IMG/VR virus record: IMGVR_UViG_3300037400_001617
DNA length: 64,000 nt
Reading direction: 5' to 3' (one strand)
Source: a virus
Taxonomy: Duplodnaviria; Caudoviricetes
The notes under the pieces are model-generated. The model was not told the origin of the DNA, did no database searches, and saw only the letters and a program-made list of their open reading frames with translations. The translations under genes were made by a program, and so were the position numbers. Of this stretch, positions 56,676 to 64,000 are shown in pieces; the stretch's first letter is position 1; each line of letters begins with the position of its first letter.

Positions 56676-57458
56676 ATGAGTAAACTGAGACTCACGTTTG
56701 ACGAATACATTAAGAACCCTTCTGGTAAGGGATCATCAATTAACACTTCTAGAGATACAACTGCTCAGTTCTATCAGACTAAATACGATGCATTGGTAGC
56801 TAGAGATGGTCTGGTGAAATATGAAGTCTATAGAACTGCATCAGATGTGTACTACATACATTTCCATATCCCATCGAATTCTACTAAGGGATTCTTTTAC
56901 GATACTGTAGTCGAACTCAACCCTAGCAACTCGACTACCAAGGGAAACGTAAAGTCCTACTTCGTCAGATTTTATGCAAACGATCCCAACTTCAACTTCA
57001 CTCATGCTCATGCTTACTATACACATGGTTTGATTATACCAGAGCTTGATAAGAAGCTCTCGTTGCAAGTAAAAACAAGCAAAGCTAACACCCGTAACCC
57101 AGATAATGCTGTAGGTTATGTACAGAGTATATATTTTGCTTATCTTACCATGCAAAAGGACAATCTGTTCGATAAAGGGATTCTTGATAGAAAGGCTTCT
57201 GTTGGAGGAGTTAGTAGATTCTCTAAGGATGTCCTTACTTATAAAGACAAGGAAAAGGAAAGAACCAAGTTTATAGAAGACCAAAAACGAAAGGCAGCTC
57301 CTGCAGGAAAGGAGGAGCTTAAGCCTAAAGTGATTTCGTCAAGATTCATTGGTAATGGCCTCTCTCATATACCAGTAGTCTCAAAAATCACTAAGACTTC
57401 TAAGTCATCTTCCGCTATAAAGAATACTCGAACCTCTAAGACTACAAAGAGGAGATAG
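56676..57458 (+). CDS. Hypothetical basic protein
   Basis: Start MSKLRLTF after GGAGG; promoter AACT-TTACTA-TAA at 56640-56652. Confidence 0.75.
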   Translation: MSKLRLTFDEYIKNPSGKGSSINTSRDTTAQFYQTKYDALVARDGLVKYEVYRTASDVYYIHFHIPSNSTKGFFYDTVVELNPSNSTTKGNVKSYFVRFYANDPNFNFTHAHAYYTHGLIIPELDKKLSLQVKTSKANTRNPDNAVGYVQSIYFAYLTMQKDNLFDKGILDRKASVGGVSRFSKDVLTYKDKEKERTKFIEDQKRKAAPAGKEELKPKVISSRFIGNGLSHIPVVSKITKTSKSSSAIKNTRTSKTTKRR

Positions 57459-57459
57459 A

Positions 57460-57479
57460 TTATATACTATAGATGAGTC
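57460..57479 (+). promoter_or_regulatory. Early-type promoter TTATATACTATAGATGAGTC
   Basis: 19/20 identical to 10315-10334 (-). Confidence 0.7.
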
Positions 57480-57521
57480 CAGAGCATCAACTATACCGCT
57501 CTGGTTAAGGAGGATATACAC

Positions 57522-59207
57522 ATGATACAGCCAACAACAATCAACAACCCTTACGCCTACTATAACTTCTTACACCCGCAGAAGTATAATGTAGTAGGAA
57601 TCGCCAATGATGAACAAGCAATCTATAATCTGTTCACGTATTTCGAAGTCCCACATTGGGTATCTATCGATAACTGGCTACAAACAGATGATGACATGGT
57701 GTTCTATACAATTAAGAACGCTATAGTCATGCCAACGATCTCTGAGTTCTTTGGAATGAACCCAGCAGATCCAAACACAATAAACGTTAATTCGTTTATG
57801 GTAACTCCTAAGAGGTGTTACAACGGTGACGATCTGCGTCAGCATATCTGTCACTATCTCAATTACTTCTGCAAGTTCTATGATCCTGATAAAGAGCTTG
57901 CTAGTCATTATGTGCGTATGAAGCACATGATTGACTTTGGACTCACCACACTTACTGGTGAGAGACATCCGTATAAAAAGGAAGAGTTTATACTCGACAT
58001 CCGTCGTTATATTCTTGGATCTACTATGTGTGCTAAGGTAGCTAAGATGAACGAGGACAACTACTCGCTCAAGCTTAACTATAAGAACAACACAAACCAG
58101 GCTCTTCAGTATAATGATACGCATGGTAAGATATTCATGGAGATTAGTGTGTTCATGAATATGCTTATCCCTCTCGTGAGTCACTTTGTGTATAAGTCTA
58201 AGATGACTTCGACACAAGAGATAGACGAACTCTTTCAGACTGTATATCAGTTTCTCTTTGATCGTTATATAAACACTGTAGATCTAAAGGCTAAGCTGTT
58301 TGAGACAGCCAACACGACGATCGCAAGAGATCAGAGAACTAACAAGGATCTTTGGGACAAGAGTGAGATAAGAGGTATGGATATCTCTGTCAACTCTCTC
58401 GATGCTGTAGATACACTTGTACTTCAGGTAATGCCTAAGTACAAATATAACCAGAATATGGTTATGTATAACTTCACATCGATTAGAAATACTGCTATCC
58501 AGTATGCTGTTGGAATAGCATATGAGTATGATTTGGTTCCACTCTCTTCCTCTAAGAGAGATGGTGAAGACTCTACTTCTCAGTTTGATAAGTTTGAGGC
58601 TACACTTGGTAAGGCTGATGAAGCAAAGTTCCTACATAACACTGCTGTCGCTTACACTGTTATGAGGAACATCGAAAGTCATTATGGTCCTTTCCCACAG
58701 GACATGATAGACTTTTACAAGATAGAACTCGGAAAAGGTGCTAAACCCGTCATTAACTCTTTCCAGTATAAACTTATAACAAACTTCTTCGGAAAGCTGT
58801 TTGGATCAGTACTTCCGATGAAGACTATTAATCTTGATGAATACATCGAGCTTATGATATCCACCAAGAAGAATCTCGTAGCTCAGAACTTCTGTATTCT
58901 TCCTGAGATTATTGCTGGAAGAGTAGTAAAGCTTTCAACAAGAACTGTTCTCAGTAAGAAGCATGAAGATATGCTTACTAGCAGTGAGCATTGGGCTCAG
59001 ATAAGACACAAGTATATGGACAATCAGGTGATACTTTCTCGCATCAAAGCTGATTTCGCTGCGTTGATATCTTCTGATTTCCAGCTCATCCGTTATGATC
59101 CTACAACTGGAAAAGGGGACCAGTATAACGGTCAGCCAATAATAATCAACTCTTCTATATCCTACAGGATTGTAGAAGAATTCTTATTATACGAGCTTAT
59201 GGTATAA
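57522..59207 (+). CDS. Hypothetical protein; candidate promoter-specificity (sigma-like) subunit of the non-virion RNAP
   Basis: 561 aa, mostly helical, early promoter, two genes downstream of the chaperonin. The function is inferred from synteny only. Confidence 0.4.
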   Translation: MIQPTTINNPYAYYNFLHPQKYNVVGIANDEQAIYNLFTYFEVPHWVSIDNWLQTDDDMVFYTIKNAIVMPTISEFFGMNPADPNTINVNSFMVTPKRCYNGDDLRQHICHYLNYFCKFYDPDKELASHYVRMKHMIDFGLTTLTGERHPYKKEEFILDIRRYILGSTMCAKVAKMNEDNYSLKLNYKNNTNQALQYNDTHGKIFMEISVFMNMLIPLVSHFVYKSKMTSTQEIDELFQTVYQFLFDRYINTVDLKAKLFETANTTIARDQRTNKDLWDKSEIRGMDISVNSLDAVDTLVLQVMPKYKYNQNMVMYNFTSIRNTAIQYAVGIAYEYDLVPLSSSKRDGEDSTSQFDKFEATLGKADEAKFLHNTAVAYTVMRNIESHYGPFPQDMIDFYKIELGKGAKPVINSFQYKLITNFFGKLFGSVLPMKTINLDEYIELMISTKKNLVAQNFCILPEIIAGRVVKLSTRTVLSKKHEDMLTSSEHWAQIRHKYMDNQVILSRIKADFAALISSDFQLIRYDPTTGKGDQYNGQPIIINSSISYRIVEEFLLYELMV

Positions 59208-59266
59208 CCACAAATCTGGACAGAGAGATCTTCTCTCTGTCCTCTATTATAAAAAGGAGGACTCAT

Positions 59267-60541
59267 ATGAGACCAAAGATAGGACAGGTCGTACTTATCG
59301 ACCCAGAGGACAAACTCGAACTGAGAGATAAAGAATCTACCGTAGGAACTGTTATCAAGGTAGAACGTAACCAGAGCACACTGTTAATTTCTATAAACCC
59401 AGAGAAGAAGATAACAGTTCCCAACAAGTATCTCTACAAGATAGAAATGGATGAGACTAATCCGCCATACGTTATAGTGGAGAGAACCCTTCCAAGAGTA
59501 CGATTCACTCAGAACGACTTAAACAAGCTTGATACTGTAACAAAACTTATAGAGCACTTGTCTAATAGACTTGCAGAGTTTGTTCCCAGTAACGAGAAGA
59601 GCGAAATGCTCGATGTGTGTGCATTTGCTAAGAGTAATATGCTCTACACTATGAGCAAGATCAATAGACTCATTTCTGGTGAACTGGAGACTGAAGCAAG
59701 GGATATGTTTATCAACAGATTCCACAAGTATGCTGAAGATGATGAAGAGCCAAGAGACATTAAACCTAATGACACACCAAACACAAAGCTTGTACCAGAA
59801 GAAGTCTCAGAGGATTTCGCAAGAGAAATCGTGAACAGATTCTGCAAGTCTGCTGAAGAGGAGGATATCGGTAAGTTTGACGAGGATACTGTGTTCAATA
59901 GCGATATACTCAAATGGACCAAAGAAGCTTCAAACGGAAACGATATGCTTACAAGGATCGTCATGGATCAGTTTAAGGCTAAGATACACTCTACTTCTAT
60001 AGACGTCTTCAACAAACGTGAAACTATCGAACAGCTTTTCGATGAGAAGTGTGAAGAGCTTGTCGGTAAAGAGCACAATATGAGAGAATTGATATCTGCT
60101 ATGGAAATCATATTCAAGAGCAGTACCAAGTCTATAATCAACATCCCGATCCTTATTGTTATGGATCCTCTGGACCTTATAAAGACTCTTATCGAAAGAC
60201 ATCCTACGAAGATCATGACATACCAGGACCTCATAAGCTTTATCAGTGAAGTTGGATCAGTGGAGGAGATCCTTGATGCAGAGGGGCTTCATCTTCCTGA
60301 TGTAGTGAAGAGCATAGCTGTACCAATCTTCCCGTTTAACGATGAGGTTACACCGACCTCTATCATAAGTATACTCAAGGACACTATAACAGCTATCTGT
60401 ACAGAGGTGTCTGAGCATACAGATATCGAGATACTCGACGATGATGAAATAGAAGATGTAGGACTTGACGATACGTTTATGCTACATCTTCCTATACAGA
60501 TTACTACTATGGCAGTCAAGCCATTCGGAGGAGAAGATTGA
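59267..60541 (+). CDS. Hypothetical protein
   Basis: 424 aa; SD AAGGAGG. Confidence 0.75.
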   Translation: MRPKIGQVVLIDPEDKLELRDKESTVGTVIKVERNQSTLLISINPEKKITVPNKYLYKIEMDETNPPYVIVERTLPRVRFTQNDLNKLDTVTKLIEHLSNRLAEFVPSNEKSEMLDVCAFAKSNMLYTMSKINRLISGELETEARDMFINRFHKYAEDDEEPRDIKPNDTPNTKLVPEEVSEDFAREIVNRFCKSAEEEDIGKFDEDTVFNSDILKWTKEASNGNDMLTRIVMDQFKAKIHSTSIDVFNKRETIEQLFDEKCEELVGKEHNMRELISAMEIIFKSSTKSIINIPILIVMDPLDLIKTLIERHPTKIMTYQDLISFISEVGSVEEILDAEGLHLPDVVKSIAVPIFPFNDEVTPTSIISILKDTITAICTEVSEHTDIEILDDDEIEDVGLDDTFMLHLPIQITTMAVKPFGGED

Positions 60542-60542
60542 A

Positions 60543-60779
60543 ATGAATGATTTAGCAAAGAGAATCTATGAAAACCAGGAAGAGTACAACAAACTCTTCC
60601 TCGAACTCACAAGTAAGTTCAAAGACGACAATAACAGTTCGCTATTCGAATCAACCCGTACGACAGAGATAGACAATCTCCTCAAGAGCATCAATGTGGT
60701 TCGTAACAACCTTGAAGTGCTTAAGGGAGTTGAAGCTTATCTGGAAGAACAAGAAAAGAGGATGTATAATCATGGATGA
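60543..60779 (+). CDS. Hypothetical coiled-coil protein
   Basis: Start MNDLAKR after GGAGGAG. Confidence 0.65.
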   Translation: MNDLAKRIYENQEEYNKLFLELTSKFKDDNNSSLFESTRTTEIDNLLKSINVVRNNLEVLKGVEAYLEEQEKRMYNHG

Positions 60780-61029
60780 TATCGAGAAGGAAATCCAGGA
60801 TGGCTTTCTGAGAAACAAGCTTCGTAAAGCTCGAAAGGCTAAGGGTCTTACACAGCAAGAAGCCGCAAACCTTGCAGATATCTCCGCATCTACTGTCTCT
60901 TATATAGAGACTGGTAAGGGAGATTATATGGCATCTAGTCTTCTTAAATATGCAGATGCTCTTGGATATGAAGTATCTATACACAAGAAGGGCGGACCTA
61001 TCGTAGATACTGAAGAACCAGAAGAGTAA
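60772..61029 (+). CDS. XRE-family HTH protein
   Basis: LRKARKAKGLTQQEAANLADISASTVSYIETG...LLKYADALG. Confidence 0.9.
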   Translation: MDDIEKEIQDGFLRNKLRKARKAKGLTQQEAANLADISASTVSYIETGKGDYMASSLLKYADALGYEVSIHKKGGPIVDTEEPEE

Positions 61030-61090
61030 CGATACAATAATCGGAGGAGTCTATCTCCTCCGATCCTTATTTTTAGAGAGGTGATAGATC

Positions 61091-61315
61091 ATGAGACACA
61101 TCATAGTACCAGGAAACAAGGCTAACAGCAAAGTTAAGAAGTTTAAATGTGATATCTGTGGTTGTGAATGGCTTTCAGATGAGTATGAAGAAGATTGGAC
61201 AATACATTCTATACCTGCATATGACAAATGTCCTACATGCAATACCGAAATATTTGCTATAGGAACTTTCATTGATGGTAAAAAGCACTCTCATGTACGT
61301 AACAAGAAGAGGTGA
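61091..61315 (+). CDS. Small zinc-ribbon protein
   Basis: FKCDICGCEW...CPTC. Confidence 0.7.
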   Translation: MRHIIVPGNKANSKVKKFKCDICGCEWLSDEYEEDWTIHSIPAYDKCPTCNTEIFAIGTFIDGKKHSHVRNKKR

Positions 61316-61320
61316 GCTGA

Positions 61321-62370
61321 ATGACCAAAGAAGAACTCAAGGAATGGCTTCTTTATAATATGGAAGATGCTAAGCTTGCCTCTGGAGGTAAGCAAGTAGT
61401 ATGTAGATGTCACAACTGTGACGATCACAGCAGACATCTCTATATAGGCCCGTTCGATGATTCCGATAAACCTATTCAGTATCAGTGTAAGAGATGTCCT
61501 AGACCGTTCTATGGAGTGGTCAATAGGGACTTTCTTGAGAGATATAGGACTGCTACTGCAGTACCAGAGGACGTTAACGAGGTTAACAAAGGTACTAACA
61601 AACATCGAAAGAGTATCAATGGTACTTCTAATAGAATCTATAATGTGAATAGGAGTTTCATTACAGACGCTCCACTCACCCAACAGAAACTAGCGCACAT
61701 CAACCAAAGGTTAGGGTTATCTCTAACCTACCAAGACTGTATCGATAACAAGATTATCTTGAATCTAGGGGATCTCTATAGAGGAAACCCATGGATTAAG
61801 AGTTTCACTCGGCATGAGAACATCGTACAACAGCTTGATAAGTACTTCATAGGCTTCTTATCACGTTCAAATGCTTCTCTCAACATGAGAAACCTTGTGT
61901 ATGAGAAGGGTGCAGTGTATGAAGGTATCGATAAGAAGTACGTAAACTACATTCTCTTCAACGAAGGAGTTGAAAATGACTACTATATACTCCCGACAAA
62001 TGTCGATCCTCTTCAGCCTATAGGACTTCATATAGCAGAAGGTCCATTCGATGTATTGGGAATCAAGTATAATGTAGTAGGTCCTGATGTTCCTAACCAG
62101 ATTTACATCGCTGGTAAGGGTAAAGCGTATGATAAGATCGTAGAATTCATCATAACTAGGTATGGATTCATGAATCTTACTCTTAACTACTATCCAGATA
62201 AGGATGTAAAGGACTACGAGATGAATAGAGTGGTGAATATCTTCAAACCATTCGGGTTTAAGCAGCTCGTATTTCGCAACACTTACGAAGGAGAGAAAGA
62301 CTTTGGAGTACCGAAGAACAGAATCATATGTTCTAAGTACACCATAGGTCTAGGGAGAAACAGCTTCTAA
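61321..62370 (+). CDS. DNA primase
   Basis: N-terminal Zn module RCHNCDD...CKRC; TOPRIM IAEGPFD, YPDKD, KDFG. Confidence 0.8.
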   Translation: MTKEELKEWLLYNMEDAKLASGGKQVVCRCHNCDDHSRHLYIGPFDDSDKPIQYQCKRCPRPFYGVVNRDFLERYRTATAVPEDVNEVNKGTNKHRKSINGTSNRIYNVNRSFITDAPLTQQKLAHINQRLGLSLTYQDCIDNKIILNLGDLYRGNPWIKSFTRHENIVQQLDKYFIGFLSRSNASLNMRNLVYEKGAVYEGIDKKYVNYILFNEGVENDYYILPTNVDPLQPIGLHIAEGPFDVLGIKYNVVGPDVPNQIYIAGKGKAYDKIVEFIITRYGFMNLTLNYYPDKDVKDYEMNRVVNIFKPFGFKQLVFRNTYEGEKDFGVPKNRIICSKYTIGLGRNSF

Positions 62371-62422
62371 CGGCTGTTTCTTTTTTATACACATTACATC
62401 ACTATAAACGGAGGAGATTGCA

Positions 62423-62845
62423 ATGCCACTGTATAACAAGTATCGTCAAGTTACGGATTTAAGTGAGTTGAAAGAACCACTTATGACAATAAACCAGTTC
62501 CAGAGACCTATAGAGTTGGAAGGAACAGATGCACAAATCTTGCTTATCGTGAGATTAATCTTATTAGATCCTGGTACTATACAGACACACCCTGATATGG
62601 GTGTAGGATTAATCTCTTTGTATAGATATACTGTAGACGTAGACCTTGATAAACTCAGAAACAGGATACAGGCTCAGATATCTAAATACCTGCCAATGTT
62701 TACTACGGTACAGGTAAGAGTTGATCTCAATGTAAACGAACACACTCTTTACATATACGTCGATTCAGACCAGCTTAATGCGCTCGTACCGTTTGATACA
62801 GAGAACTTGACTATTATCCAAGGTCTCGACAATATGAAAGTATAA
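62423..62845 (+). CDS. Baseplate wedge protein, gp25/GPW-like
   Basis: LILLDPGTIQTHPDMGVGL...IQAQISKYLP; promoter variant TACA-TCACTA-TAA at 62395-62407. Confidence 0.6.
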   Translation: MPLYNKYRQVTDLSELKEPLMTINQFQRPIELEGTDAQILLIVRLILLDPGTIQTHPDMGVGLISLYRYTVDVDLDKLRNRIQAQISKYLPMFTTVQVRVDLNVNEHTLYIYVDSDQLNALVPFDTENLTIIQGLDNMKV

Positions 62846-62865
62846 AAGTAAGGGAGGACACCACC

Positions 62866-64000
62866 ATGTCAGACGAGAACAAAAAGATTACTCTTGATGA
62901 TCTATCTAATGGTGCTAAACACACAGCAGCTATACCGCCACCGTTACCTAGATTAGACTCTAGAACAGTCAGAGATGTCAATATTGCAGAGGTAGCTCAA
63001 AAAGCTCCAGAACCAATGCAAGAAGATATGGTTCCTGGTGTTATCAAGAGCGCCATCAGTAAGATTCCAGCAACAATAGAGAGACTTAACAATGAGTCTC
63101 TTGCTATTGTACAAAAGGGACAAGAAGAAAGAATAGAGCAGATGCTCGACTCAGACGATGATGTCGAGATGCCTACCAATTCATCTACTCCTGCTGCTGT
63201 TCAGACATCAACAAACATTGTAAGACAATCGTTTGATGATGACGGAATAGATTTCGATGACGACGACACAGATGACAGTGATGATGATGTCGATTTTCCT
63301 GTCCCTGTGAAGACATACAATACCAAAGTAGAAAGGAAAGTAAACACTATGGAAAATAACAACACCCCTCAGACAGAACTCGATAAGAAGATTCATGCTA
63401 TTGCAGAAGCTGCAGTAGAAACACCTGAGAAGATTGAGTTTCCTGAGCCTACTGATACAGACAAGGAGAAGCTTGCTGAGAAGGTTCAGGAAGCATATGA
63501 GGCTGTAACAGGTGAAACAATCGGCGAAGAGACTAAGGAGGATGAGTCTACTACTGATGTGGAAGAGGAAGATGCTCCTGTTTTACCTCCGACAATTCCT
63601 TCATCCTCAGAAACAGACTTCGGTACTACTACATTCGCTATGTCAGATGACGATCTTGCTCTTCTTGATGATGAAGACATGATTGTTGAGAAGTCTGATA
63701 AGGCTAAAGAAGTCAGCGAAGCTGAAGAGAAGGAGAGACGTAACGCTCTCAGAGACTCTATCAGAATCTCTGTTAAGGAGAACTTCAAGCCTATCGATAA
63801 TAAGGTTGATCTTTCTAAGTTCGAGATTCAGAAGAAGCCTATATCTGCTTCTAAGGTGCTCAACCATATCAAGGAGACTCCTGTAAGAACGGCTACTACA
63901 CCTCTCTTCTCTACTTCTAAGAAGGTAATCGAAGTATCAGAGTTTACTGCTACAGAAATTCAGAAGCTCAACCCTGCTCTCATCAACCAGAATAACTTCT
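62866..64000 (+). CDS. Acidic low-complexity hypothetical protein, truncated by the window edge
   Basis: Open frame from MSDENKKITLDDLS after GGGAGG to the end of the window. Confidence 0.75.
   Translation, partial: MSDENKKITLDDLSNGAKHTAAIPPPLPRLDSRTVRDVNIAEVAQKAPEPMQEDMVPGVIKSAISKIPATIERLNNESLAIVQKGQEERIEQMLDSDDDVEMPTNSSTPAAVQTSTNIVRQSFDDDGIDFDDDDTDDSDDDVDFPVPVKTYNTKVERKVNTMENNNTPQTELDKKIHAIAEAAVETPEKIEFPEPTDTDKEKLAEKVQEAYEAVTGETIGEETKEDESTTDVEEEDAPVLPPTIPSSSETDFGTTTFAMSDDDLALLDDEDMIVEKSDKAKEVSEAEEKERRNALRDSIRISVKENFKPIDNKVDLSKFEIQKKPISASKVLNHIKETPVRTATTPLFSTSKKVIEVSEFTATEIQKLNPALINQNNF

Noticed and set aside
1-64000. CRISPR array or alternative genetic code
   Set aside because: No regularly spaced repeats seen. 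Genes are intact in the standard code, with TAA, TAG and TGA all used as stops.
1-64000. Claim of uracil-substituted DNA or a phage nucleus
   Set aside because: Only indirect similarity to AR9/phiKZ; no diagnostic gene recognised in this window

Overview
This is a 64-kb fragment of a jumbo myophage of the phiKZ/AR9 type (phage-encoded multisubunit RNA polymerase). The host is probably a Firmicute, inferred from strong AGGAGG Shine-Dalgarno sites and an LPD28/DpnD-like early protein. Replication and metabolism genes: anaerobic ribonucleotide reductase nrdD, interrupted by a group I intron (with a LAGLIDADG homing endonuclease) and a mini-intein; the N-terminal half of a split family B DNA polymerase; primase; a GroEL-like chaperonin; an ABC transporter. 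Virion and lysis genes: portal, tail sheath and tube, tail-fibre/collar genes, three tandem paralogous beta-helix-like proteins, an M15 endolysin, large terminase and a gp25-like baseplate protein. Probable RNAP genes: a beta-prime C-terminal subunit and a candidate promoter-specificity subunit. Two promoter classes can be read from the sequence: late-type (A/T)AC(N)-N6-TAA at 19 sites and early-type TATAYYAT at 7 sites. The least explained signals are non-coding. (1) A ~140-nt ORF-less transcription unit with tandem anti-Shine-Dalgarno motifs (11373-11526). (2) Two solitary early genes with a shared bipartite promoter and long folded RNA leaders sharing an 11-nt motif (41514-42142, 51040-52022). 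(3) A folded 3' element behind the chaperonin gene. A late operon with a WDGH-motif protein and a Tad2/DUF2829-like fusion is a candidate anti-defence locus. All calls are by eye; no database search or folding program was run.
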